Positions 28,404 to 37,402 are shown, counted from the first letter of the stretch. The stretch: 64,000 nt of DNA from an uncultured Pirellulales bacterium (GCA_964494325.1 CAZBTJ010000008.1:2234-66233); one strand, 5' to 3'. Program-made: numbers and translations. The notes: a model not told the origin generated them from the sequence alone.

Positions 28404-29051
28404 TCAATCCCTCAAAACGGACAATTGGTCCGTATCAATATGGTCAAATTCCCGGTTGATGTGGTTGATCGTAATACCCATCACAAACACGCCCACCAAC
28501 ACATCCAGCAACACGCCCATCTCCACGAGTAGGGGTTCCTGCAACGCAAAGGCGATGCCAAAGGCCCAGATCCCATTCTCCATGACCAGATACCCGAGCA
28601 CCTGAGTGATCGCCTTTTTGCGTGATACAATTAGAAACAGACCCGTCACGATCGTGAACAAACCAGTGGCAATGAGCAGGGTCTGGCACGGCAACTCGGA
28701 CAGGGCCAAGCGGTCTGCCATAGAGAAACACACAGCCAGCATGGCCAGCCCGATCAGGCCGGACAGGGAGAATCCCACAAAGGGCACCACTTCCCGGCTG
28801 GTATTGCATTGCCGCAAAGAACGAAAGAGTAACCACGGCAGCAATCCGGCCTTGATAGCCACGCTAGACAAGACGATCAGGATCAACTCCACACCCAGGT
28901 CGCTGCCATGCTGCAAAAATGCAATCAATCCCAGGAGCACGGCCTGCTGAGCCACGGTCTGGATGCAGGTGCCCAATCGACTGGTGCACAGCAACCGCAG
29001 GTTTAACAGAATGACCAGTACAGCCGTAACATCCATCCAGGTCGCCATCAC
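28404..29051 (-). CDS. Small membrane subunit (HyfE-like)
   Basis: 215 aa, about 7 TM helices. Sits between the NuoH-like and HyfF-like genes as in hyf-type operons. The call rests mostly on context. Confidence 0.65.
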   Translation of the reverse strand: MMATWMDVTAVLVILLNLRLLCTSRLGTCIQTVAQQAVLLGLIAFLQHGSDLGVELILIVLSSVAIKAGLLPWLLFRSLRQCNTSREVVPFVGFSLSGLIGLAMLAVCFSMADRLALSELPCQTLLIATGLFTIVTGLFLIVSRKKAITQVLGYLVMENGIWAFGIAFALQEPLLVEMGVLLDVLVGVFVMGITINHINREFDHIDTDQLSVLRD

Positions 29052-29960
29052 TTACCTCATCACCAAGATCAAAGAAACAAGACTCAACACCAGACCAATG
29101 GACAGGAGTTGCGGCACATGCAGCAGACGCAGTCTCGCCATGGTCGACTCCATAATCCCCACCACCACGGCAATCACGCCGATACCCACCAACCCGATAA
29201 GCCCGTCCACCACGACCATCCCCGTGCGAATCGGAATCAGCACACCGACCAGCAAGGCACTGAAAATCCACAACTTGATTGCCGCGCCATACTGAATCAT
29301 GGCCAGGTCCGGCCCACTGTGATCCAGCACCATCACCTCGTGGATCATGGTTAACTCCAGGTGCGTGTTGGGATCATCCACCGGCATCCTGGCATTCTCC
29401 GCCAGAAGCACAATCATCATGACGGCCGAAACCAGGGGCAGGACCATAGGGGCTGTGCCCGCCATGGCCAGAGTGCCGTACATACCCTCCAAGGACAACT
29501 GCCCAGTCAATTTGCACAGAGCGGCCAGGGCCAGGATCAGGCTCGGCTCGGTCAGTGCAGAAAAGAAGACCTCCCTACTGGCACCCAACCCTTCAAAGGC
29601 AGAACCCGTATCCATGGCCGCCAAAACCGTCAGAAATCGACCCACTCCCAACAGATAGGCCATCAATAATAAGTCCCCTGAAAAACTCACGCAGGCCCCA
29701 AATCCTGTCAAGGGAACAAACAACAGGGCCATAACCACCGCAGCCAAGGTTCCCATGGGACCGATTCGAAAGACCCAAGTCGTGGTTCGGCTATACACCG
29801 CCCCCTTGCGCAGCAGTTTGAACAGGTCATAATACAACTGACACAAAGGCTGGCCCCGACGACCGGCAAACCGGGCCTTGACCCGATTGATGATACCCAG
29901 CAACAAGGGCGACAAGGTCATGGCGAGGAAAACGTGACTCAGACCCGTGACATAGTACAT
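29052..29960 (-). CDS. NuoH / HycD (HyfC)-like membrane subunit
   Basis: 302 aa, 8 TM helices. LGIINRVKARFAGRRGQPLCQLYYDLFKLLRKG matches the N-terminal pattern of HycD/NuoH proteins; AENARMPVDDPNTHLELTMIHE matches the conserved loop. Confidence 0.8.
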   Translation of the reverse strand: MYYVTGLSHVFLAMTLSPLLLGIINRVKARFAGRRGQPLCQLYYDLFKLLRKGAVYSRTTTWVFRIGPMGTLAAVVMALLFVPLTGFGACVSFSGDLLLMAYLLGVGRFLTVLAAMDTGSAFEGLGASREVFFSALTEPSLILALAALCKLTGQLSLEGMYGTLAMAGTAPMVLPLVSAVMMIVLLAENARMPVDDPNTHLELTMIHEVMVLDHSGPDLAMIQYGAAIKLWIFSALLVGVLIPIRTGMVVVDGLIGLVGIGVIAVVVGIMESTMARLRLLHVPQLLSIGLVLSLVSLILVMR

Positions 29961-29963
29961 CGT

Positions 29964-31952
29964 TTACCTCATCTTCCAAATAAACAAGACTAGAATCGTA
30001 ATTGCAATATAAAGGACATAGAGTTGGTTGCGCCCCTGTTGAATGCACCGAAGCATCCCTGCCAAACGTGCGACCAGAGCAAATAAAGGTCGATAGCCCC
30101 GCTCAAGAAAACAGTCCTTAATGTCAGTGTGCAATGAAGCCTGAATCGGGAATAATCCTTCCGGGTCACATCCATGCCGTTGCGGTCGAAAGAAGGCGTG
30201 AAACCATGCCACAACCGGCCATACAAACGATGAAGCCGTATATTGCATCCGTGCATTCGGGGCGGTGAAACCGCAGTCCCACGTGGGGGCCTGTCGAACC
30301 GTACGTTGTGACAGCAGACGCTGACGTATCCCAGCCAGCAGCCCGACCAAGCCTAAAAGCCCCACAGCAGCCAGGCTGATCCACGCCAAAGATCTAACCG
30401 GCAAGGCCGTGCCATCCAAAGCGACAGGATCAATCTGACCGGCCAACAAGGTCGCCATCACAGGCTTGATACCCTGCACCACAAACGGGCCAAGAAGCCC
30501 AACGGCAATGCACACCGCTGCCAACATCGCCAGAGGCCAGGTCATGGATCGCGGCGACTCATGCACAGAAGAAGCGGTCACTCTGGGCTCGCCCAGGAAA
30601 ATCACGGAAAAGGCCTTGGCAAAACAGGCCGCTGCCAACCCTCCAATCAGGGCCAGCCCCCCTGCAATCAGAACCCCCGCCCAGGCAGTATGGATACCGG
30701 AGGACGTCACCAGAGCAGAGAGTGCCCCCATATAAATCAGAAACTCACTGACAAATCCGTTCAATGGAGGAAGACCGGCAATGGCTGCCGAGCCCACTAG
30801 AAAGGTGGTACCTGTCACAGGCATGCGTTTGAGCAGGCCGCCAAGTCGATCAATTTCCAAGGTCCCGGTGGCATGTTGTATGCTACCGGCCCCAAGAAAC
30901 AATAAACTCTTGAAGATCGCATGATTGAATACATGCAAAAGCCCGCCGGCAAACCCCAGAATCGCCCAGGACAGATGGCCCGTACCAATCCCCAATACTC
31001 CCAGCCCCAGTCCCAGCGTAATGATACCGATATTTTCCACGCTATGATATGCCAACAGGCGCTTGAGATCGTGCTGCACCATGGCCAGCAAGACCCCCAG
31101 GATACCCGAGATCACACCCACTGCAATCAAAGTCCAGCCCCACCAAACCGCAGGGGCGCCTAGCAAAGTCAAGACGCGCAGCAGACCGTAGATCCCGGTC
31201 TTGATCATGACCCCACTCATCACAGCAGAGACGTGGGACGGTGCCGCCGGGTGAGCCAGAGGGAGCCACACATGCATGGGCATCAAACCCGCCTTTGTGC
31301 CGAACCCCACCAAGGCCAGGACAAACGCCCACCCCGCGATGGTCGGCGTGGCCGCAGCCATGGACTCAAAATCCAAAGAACCCTGTGTACCGGACAACAA
31401 CACAAACATGGCCAACAGGCAGGCTGTACCCAGGTGCGTTGCCACCAGATAAGTCCAGCCGGCCTCCACCACCTCCTGGCGTTCATGCTCGTAAATAACC
31501 AGAAAAAAGGAGGTCAGGGACATGCATTCCCAGGCCACCAGAAACAGCACCGCATTACTCGCGGTCACCACCAGCCACATACTGACCAACAGCCCGTTGA
31601 ACCAGAACCAACTCAGACCCAGATTTTTTCGTTTCGCATCATGCTTGAGGTAACCATAGCCATAGACCGATGCCACCAATGACACCACAGCAATCACCGC
31701 CACAAAAAAACCGGATAACGGATCCATGGCCAGTTGAAAAGCCCCCATGGGCACGGGCCAGGCCCAGCTCAAAGACCACGCTGAATGGATCATCCCATCC
31801 AGCCCTGAAACCAAAGCCATCCCACTTGCCAATACCGCAGTAGCCGCGCCCAACCCATGCGCCACGCCACGTCGCCCCAGACAAAGACACAAAAAACCAC
31901 CAACCCCACACACCGCCAGGGCCACCAAAAACACCGGATATCCCAAACTCAT
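29964..31952 (-). CDS. Large antiporter-like membrane subunit (HyfB / NuoL family)
   Basis: About 660 aa, more than 15 TM helices, proton_antipo_M core (HVWLPLAHPAAPSHVSAVMSGVMIKTGIYG). Start set to MSLGYPVF at 31952, which forms an ATGA overlap with the upstream EIIA gene stop. Confidence 0.8.
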   Translation of the reverse strand: MSLGYPVFLVALAVCGVGGFLCLCLGRRGVAHGLGAATAVLASGMALVSGLDGMIHSAWSLSWAWPVPMGAFQLAMDPLSGFFVAVIAVVSLVASVYGYGYLKHDAKRKNLGLSWFWFNGLLVSMWLVVTASNAVLFLVAWECMSLTSFFLVIYEHERQEVVEAGWTYLVATHLGTACLLAMFVLLSGTQGSLDFESMAAATPTIAGWAFVLALVGFGTKAGLMPMHVWLPLAHPAAPSHVSAVMSGVMIKTGIYGLLRVLTLLGAPAVWWGWTLIAVGVISGILGVLLAMVQHDLKRLLAYHSVENIGIITLGLGLGVLGIGTGHLSWAILGFAGGLLHVFNHAIFKSLLFLGAGSIQHATGTLEIDRLGGLLKRMPVTGTTFLVGSAAIAGLPPLNGFVSEFLIYMGALSALVTSSGIHTAWAGVLIAGGLALIGGLAAACFAKAFSVIFLGEPRVTASSVHESPRSMTWPLAMLAAVCIAVGLLGPFVVQGIKPVMATLLAGQIDPVALDGTALPVRSLAWISLAAVGLLGLVGLLAGIRQRLLSQRTVRQAPTWDCGFTAPNARMQYTASSFVWPVVAWFHAFFRPQRHGCDPEGLFPIQASLHTDIKDCFLERGYRPLFALVARLAGMLRCIQQGRNQLYVLYIAITILVLFIWKMR

Positions 31953-32638
31953 TTTGACGTACTGAGCGAGAGGCGTTCTTCCAGGCACTTGGCTTGGTCG
32001 AGGATTGCCTCACGCATCCCTTTCTCCAAAATGGCCTTGGAAAACTCCGGGTCCTGCAAACCAAAAGCAAGCCTGGACAACAGGCTCAGGTGGGCCTTGA
32101 CTGTGGGACTGACGATTGTGAATAGAATGTCCACAGGCTTGCCATCCAGGGCTCCGTATTCGACTGGCTCGTCTAGAAAACAGAGGGTCACTGCAGGCTT
32201 GGCAATATGTAAAACAATGGGATTTCGTGCGTGGGGAATGGCAATGCCTCCACCAATGGCTGTGGATCCCAAGGTTTCGCGAGCCAGCAAGACCTCATGC
32301 AGAAACTTCCGATCCACTTCATCAGGCAACGGCATAACTGCCACAACCCGGGCCAACACGGAAGCCTTGTCCTTGCCCCCCACACGGTAAAAAATGCCGC
32401 CCGATCCCAGTGCTTCGGACAGAGTCGGTACAGGCAACTCCTCATCATCCGATTCCACCAGGATCTGGGGCGACACCGCAATACGATGACTCGTAGCCCA
32501 ATCCAAAAGTTCTGACCGATTGAACCGATGCTGCCCACTCATCTTATAGACGGGCAGCTTGTCCTGAGCCACCCACCGATACACGGTCTTCTCAGATACA
32601 CCAAATAAGTGAGCGACATCGCGAACACCCAGTCTCAT
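31949..32638 (-). CDS. Excisionase/MerR-type HTH fused to a PTS EIIA(Ntr/Fru, type 2) domain; first gene of the complex operon
   Basis: HTH VRDVAHLFGVSEKTVYRWVAQDKLPVYKMSGQHRFNRSELLDWA. EIIA-2 phosphorylation-site region TAIGGGIAIPHARNP. Start chosen at ATG 32638, which has AAGGTGA 5 nt upstream. Confidence 0.75.
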   Translation of the reverse strand: MRLGVRDVAHLFGVSEKTVYRWVAQDKLPVYKMSGQHRFNRSELLDWATSHRIAVSPQILVESDDEELPVPTLSEALGSGGIFYRVGGKDKASVLARVVAVMPLPDEVDRKFLHEVLLARETLGSTAIGGGIAIPHARNPIVLHIAKPAVTLCFLDEPVEYGALDGKPVDILFTIVSPTVKAHLSLLSRLAFGLQDPEFSKAILEKGMREAILDQAKCLEERLSLSTSK

Positions 32639-32670
32639 ACAATCACCTTGGCCATAACTCCTCTTACTTA

Positions 32671-32700
32671 GACATTCTTGGACATTCGTAGACATTATGC
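32671..32700. promoter_or_regulatory. Three 10-bp-phased direct repeats (GACATTNNNN) in the leader/promoter region of the EIIA-complex operon
   Basis: gacattcttg gacattcgta gacattatgc, with copies starting at exactly 32671, 32681 and 32691, 33-62 nt upstream of the preferred start codon (32638). Confidence 0.5.
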
Positions 32701-32842
32701 CCAAACACTGCCCATAAAGTCAAGCGCCTGAGCACCAAAAAAGTAAAATTAAAGAGTTTTCCTACAGCCTGACCGCAAATACAGCTAAAATACCCCCCAG
32801 AAGTTAAACGAATCTAAAATCCAGAATCTAAAATCTAAAATG

Positions 32843-33229
32843 AAAAGAGTGGGTTGGGCGATCGCTGGTCACCATGGTGGCTGGAGGAAAGTCCGGGCAG
32901 GACAGGGCACGGTGGTGGCTAACGGCCACCGGGGGCAACCTCAGGGATAGTGCCACAGAAAATATACCGCCAATGGCCTTCGGGCACAGGTAAGGTTGAA
33001 ATGGTGCGGTAAGAGCGCACCGCAATCCTGGCAACAGGATTGGCAGGGTAAACCCCACCGCCTGCAATACCAAGCAGCTGGCCGAATCTTCGGATTCATG
33101 ACTCGGCCCGGGTCACAACAGCGGGTAGGTAGCTTCCCTTCGGGGAGAGCCGACTGGCAACAGTCGGTCCAGATAAATGATCGCCATCCCTTTGGGATAC
33201 AGGACCCGGCTTACAGACCCACTCTTTTC
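32843..33229 (+). ncRNA. rnpB: RNase P RNA, bacterial type A
   Basis: Universally conserved P4 strand GGAGGAAAGTCCGGGC (about 32887), GGTAAGAGCGCACC, GGGTAAACCCCACC, and 3' P4 strand ACAGGACCCGGCTTAC. P1 pairs aagagtgggt (5') with acccactctt (3'). Length about 387 nt. Confidence 0.95.
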
Positions 33230-33372
33230 ATTTTTGATTTTTGATGGCGGATTTTTGATTTGGGCTCTCGCCATTCAAAACAGCCATCTTTTTCTCCTTG
33301 ATTCTCATTTGCCCTTGTAGTCCATGCAGTCTATACTATTGGCTTTGATAAGGAATTCACTGGTTTCTGACA

Positions 33373-36300
33373 ATGAGCATAGCGTATCCAAAACATCTTC
33401 CTGAACCACCACAAGGCTTCCGGTGTTATCGGTCGAAGCGAGACGTAGTCCGGGACAGCACGTTGCTTCCTTATCAGCACCTATTGCTCCGGGCATGGAA
33501 GTCGATGAACCTCACCGCTGTCTTGGTACTTGACGGAATTCCCACAGTCTATGTGCGTGACGAGAAGCGTCCCCTCCGTCCTGAAGAAGCGGCTGCCGTG
33601 CACCAGAAGTTCTGGAACCAAGGCGTGGCAACTGTACTTCTGTTGCGTAATCCCGAGAAGGTACGCGTATTCTCGTCCATGACAAAACCGGTCAACCCGT
33701 CTGTTGCCAGTAAGGCAGACATTGAGGACCGTCTCGTGGAAACGATTAAACTCGCCACACAGGCAAGCTGGGCTGAGAAATTCTACATCCAGCTAGCAAC
33801 GGGCCAATACTACTCAGGAGAGAATGAGTCTAAATTCGATCCGCAGCAAGCCGTGGACGCGTACTTAATCGACAACCTTGGCGCAGTCCGTGATCAATTG
33901 ACCAAAGGAAACGCCTCCCTGAAGCCCTCTGTGGCTCACGCATTCCTTGGACGACTCTTGTTCACCTGCTACCTGTGCGACCGTGGCATCATTGAGTTGC
34001 AGAACTACTTCCCCAATCGTTCCTGGAAACGAATCCAGGACCTGCTCGTCGAGGACAAAAGCCATGACCCTCTCGCAGATCTCTATGACACGCTCTTCCC
34101 TGACCTGAAACGCGACTTCAACGGCAGCATGTTTGATGAAGACCTCGATAACGAACGCGATTTGATAAAAATCGACCACTTGCAGGCCGTTCGTCGCTTC
34201 CTGAACGGAGACGAAGTACGAAAAGGCCAGCGTTCGCTTGGCTTCTGGGCCTATGACTTTAAATTCATCCCTGTCGAGACCATCAGTGCCATCTACGAAG
34301 ATTTCCTCGAAAAGGAAGGTGGTTCTGAGAAACGCAAAAGTGGAGCTTACCATACGCCGAGATTCCTAGCAGAGATGACACTTGACCTCGCTCTGGAAGG
34401 TGTGCGTCCGCTACGTGGCAAGCAATATCTGGATCCGGCGGTAGGTTCCGGGATTTTCCTTGTACTCATCTTCAACCGTTTGGCCGCCGAATGGCGTACA
34501 GCTCTAAGGAACCAACCATCGCCCGAGCAACAGGCAAAGGACTTGCGTGGTCTGCTTGCCTCTCTCCGGGGTGTGGATAAGAATCTGACGGCATGCCGTA
34601 TTGCGTGCTTCAGCCTCTATCTTGCCTTCCTTGACCAGTTTGACCCACCTGACATACTGGCCTACATGAAGGCTACGGGCGAAAAGCTACCGAGCCTTCT
34701 TCAGTTCGCCAATGCCAAGAAGAAAACCCCTGACCTTCCAGTGGTTTGGGAAGAGGACTTTCTCGATTTAGCGCCACAATGGGAGGGCCAGTTTGACATC
34801 GTGATTGGTAATCCCCCCTGGGCGGGACGTGGCAGCAAGCAGATTGCACACAAGTTTATGGATGCCGCTCCAGACGTGCTGAATGATTCCGGTCATGCCT
34901 GTCTCTTGCTGCCCTCCAAGGTGTTCCTCAATCAGACCGATAAGTTTCAATCTCAATGGCTTCGGCGGGTGACCTTGGACAAGGTGGTACAGCTTGCTGA
35001 CTATCGTTTTATCCTGTTCAAAGAAGCCCTTTGTCCATGCAACATCGCAAGATTCACCAAGCAGCCTCCGGATATTGCCACGCATGAGATTGAATATGTG
35101 ACGCCCAAGGTATCCCGTGTGGATTTGCGGGATGGCGTGATTTCGGTCGCCCCACAAGACCGGAAATGGATTCCGCTTCGCCTCCTGCTGGGATCACCGG
35201 AACAAAAAGCAACAGCCATGATATGGAAGTCGCATCTCTGGGGCACCCGATGTGACTTGAAATTCCTCGACTATCTCTTTACACTGCCCAAGCTTAAGGA
35301 TTTGGTAGGTACTGTAAGAGAAGTAAAGCAGAGGCATAAGCGATGGTGTAAGGGACAAGGATTTCAGCCGTTGCGATTGGGGCAAAAGGCGAAGAAGCCT
35401 AAGGCACTCAGTTGGCCAATGACTGATCGGTTCGTCACACCTGAATTGATTAGTGATGTTTTTTCGCTGCCCAAGATACTTACGCACAAACTTGATGAAT
35501 ACCTCATAAAACGCGATTACTTAACTGATAAAGCACGTCGGTTGCCAGCTGAACGGATCTTTCAGTATCCACTCGTATTGTTGAACCAAGGATTCAGTAA
35601 CGCAGCCTTTTTCGACTATCGTGTTCGATTTCAGCACTCACTCCAATCAATTTCAGGGGCAATAGAAGACACCGAGAGTTTGCTTTTCTTAACCGCATTC
35701 CTCAAGTCGAAGCTTGCTCGCTACTTTGTATTTCACACTGCAGCAAACCTCGGAACGGAACGTGACAAAGTACATATGCCGGAAGTATTCCGCTTGCCTT
35801 TCTTCCTGCCGGATAATGAGGTGGCATGTCCCAATGCATCCGTCATTGTCTCAAAAGTCGCCACCAAAATTCGACGTCTAAAGAACGAAATAGAAGTGGA
35901 CGCGGAAAAGTTGGACAAGAAACTCCGGTCAACAGAATTTCGTCTTCGATCCGAGGACGAAGATACCGATGAAAAAGAACGTCGGAAATGGCTCGAACGA
36001 CAGCGAGAAAAGTCAAGAAAGCTCCAAGCGGCGTTGGAACCACTCATCTATGAGTACTTTGGCCTCAATGACCAGGAAATTGCCCTCATTGAAGATACCT
36101 GTAACATTTTCGATAAGAGCGACACACCAGGCTCACTTGAAGCAGCCAAGAACATTCCCACGCTTCAGCCACTTGATGCCACAGGTCTTGAATCCTACGC
36201 CAATATGCTCACCAAGATGCTCAATGAGTGGGCCAGCGGTTCATTACGTGTTTCCGCCTCCGGCGGCATGGACCACGAGCTGGGACTCGGCCTGATCGAA

Positions 36301-36561
36301 CTGAACCAGACCAGGACCGCGAAAGACTTCAAAATACACACTCTCCGAAGCGGACTTACCCATGCCCTCCAACGCCTTCAAGAGGCCTCAACCGAACAAT
36401 CGGGCAGATTGGCGTACCTCAGAGGCGCCTGGGTCTTTGACGGCACGCGTATCTTGATTGTCAAGCCGGCCATCAAGGGACAGTGGACACGCACAACCGC
36501 GTTGAACGATGCTGCCGACCTTTATGCCCACATCGCCGAAGCGAGGAGGCCGTCGAAGTGA
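33373..36561 (+). CDS. Type IIG/IIL-like restriction-modification fusion: N6-adenine DNA methyltransferase (Eco57I/MmeI/PglX-like) with a possible N-terminal PD-(D/E)xK nuclease and a C-terminal specificity region
   Basis: MTase motifs SGAYHTPRFLAEMTLD, motif I YLDPAVGSGIFLV, motif IV FDIVIGNPPWAGRG. Family-typical helical-domain motifs FNGSMFDE and IPVETISAIYEDFLE. TRD-type LLFLTAFLKSKLARYFVFH. N-terminal LVLDGIPTVYVRDEK fits D-x8-D-x-K. Confidence 0.8.
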   Translation: MSIAYPKHLPEPPQGFRCYRSKRDVVRDSTLLPYQHLLLRAWKSMNLTAVLVLDGIPTVYVRDEKRPLRPEEAAAVHQKFWNQGVATVLLLRNPEKVRVFSSMTKPVNPSVASKADIEDRLVETIKLATQASWAEKFYIQLATGQYYSGENESKFDPQQAVDAYLIDNLGAVRDQLTKGNASLKPSVAHAFLGRLLFTCYLCDRGIIELQNYFPNRSWKRIQDLLVEDKSHDPLADLYDTLFPDLKRDFNGSMFDEDLDNERDLIKIDHLQAVRRFLNGDEVRKGQRSLGFWAYDFKFIPVETISAIYEDFLEKEGGSEKRKSGAYHTPRFLAEMTLDLALEGVRPLRGKQYLDPAVGSGIFLVLIFNRLAAEWRTALRNQPSPEQQAKDLRGLLASLRGVDKNLTACRIACFSLYLAFLDQFDPPDILAYMKATGEKLPSLLQFANAKKKTPDLPVVWEEDFLDLAPQWEGQFDIVIGNPPWAGRGSKQIAHKFMDAAPDVLNDSGHACLLLPSKVFLNQTDKFQSQWLRRVTLDKVVQLADYRFILFKEALCPCNIARFTKQPPDIATHEIEYVTPKVSRVDLRDGVISVAPQDRKWIPLRLLLGSPEQKATAMIWKSHLWGTRCDLKFLDYLFTLPKLKDLVGTVREVKQRHKRWCKGQGFQPLRLGQKAKKPKALSWPMTDRFVTPELISDVFSLPKILTHKLDEYLIKRDYLTDKARRLPAERIFQYPLVLLNQGFSNAAFFDYRVRFQHSLQSISGAIEDTESLLFLTAFLKSKLARYFVFHTAANLGTERDKVHMPEVFRLPFFLPDNEVACPNASVIVSKVATKIRRLKNEIEVDAEKLDKKLRSTEFRLRSEDEDTDEKERRKWLERQREKSRKLQAALEPLIYEYFGLNDQEIALIEDTCNIFDKSDTPGSLEAAKNIPTLQPLDATGLESYANMLTKMLNEWASGSLRVSASGGMDHELGLGLIELNQTRTAKDFKIHTLRSGLTHALQRLQEASTEQSGRLAYLRGAWVFDGTRILIVKPAIKGQWTRTTALNDAADLYAHIAEARRPSK

Positions 36562-36977
36562 AGATAAAGCATGAGGCCGTTGATTGGGTCCCCCTCTTCC
36601 CTGCTGAAGAGATTCCCTTCATCCTGGACGCAGTGCTACGTGGCTCAGCGACTCTGCGTAAGAAACATGCCACCGAACACGAAAACCACATCAGCAATAA
36701 ATTGCGTAAACGCCTGATCCAAGATGTTGCCTTGCGTCAACGCCCAATCCATTTGGACCCAGAAGCCTATGTATACGACGGTGACATCAAAAAGGCACGC
36801 ACCTCCGTAGGCAACTCAATTGAGGCCAACCACAAAAAACTCAAGACTATCCCTCCCTTCAAACTGACACCTTCTTCAGTGCTGCCTAGAAACTCCCGCG
36901 TATCCGAGACAATCCATGCACTCCCACAGGGAGATTTTGTCATCTACCACGTATTTGTCGCAGTCCTGGATGATTAA
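36558..36977 (+). CDS. Hypothetical protein (139 aa) translationally coupled to the methyltransferase; possibly a truncated remnant
   Basis: GTG at 36558 overlaps the MTase stop (GTGA, 36558-36561). GAGGAGG lies at 36543-36549, 8 nt upstream. No recognisable motif; the C-terminal half has odd composition. Confidence 0.4.
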   Translation: MKIKHEAVDWVPLFPAEEIPFILDAVLRGSATLRKKHATEHENHISNKLRKRLIQDVALRQRPIHLDPEAYVYDGDIKKARTSVGNSIEANHKKLKTIPPFKLTPSSVLPRNSRVSETIHALPQGDFVIYHVFVAVLDD

Positions 36978-37402
36978 ATCGCAAAAGATACCACTTAGAG
37001 ACTTCACCGAGCCCTATACGACTTGGTAAAACTTCGCCAGGGTCAGAGTACCAGCCCTTGCTTTAAGCTTTTGATGGCAAGCATAAGGCACATTCTCAGC
37101 CATTGATGCTTAGGCCCAAAGAGGTCGAGCAGATAATTTTACACCACCAGAATAATCCCCACCCAAAAGCTTATAACTCTTCAAAGAAGTTGAACTTACA
37201 AACCAACAACCCATCTCATCTCGGTTATCTTTTTTCATCTAGCGTGTCTATCTGAAACATGAGAAGACCGAAATCTCCTTCATGTCCATTGCTTGTAATT
37301 TTTGCAGTTGCATTGAATTTGTGCCAAGGGTAGCAAAAGATCAAACAGGGCTGCGAAGTGGCTCTGCCAATCCGAAATAAAAAATCAAAACTCCGCAATG
37401 AG

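Noticed and set aside
24676-31952. Annotating the operon as a functional [NiFe] hydrogenase-4 / formate hydrogenlyase
   Set aside because: The large-subunit homologue lacks both CxxC metal-binding motifs, and no fdhF, hyp or hycI genes are in the window. Only the scaffold is hydrogenase-like.
33230-37402. Integrated prophage or integrative element at rnpB
   Set aside because: No integrase, excisionase or phage structural genes are present, and no direct repeat of the rnpB 3' end is visible. Only an 'acquired island' interpretation is retained.
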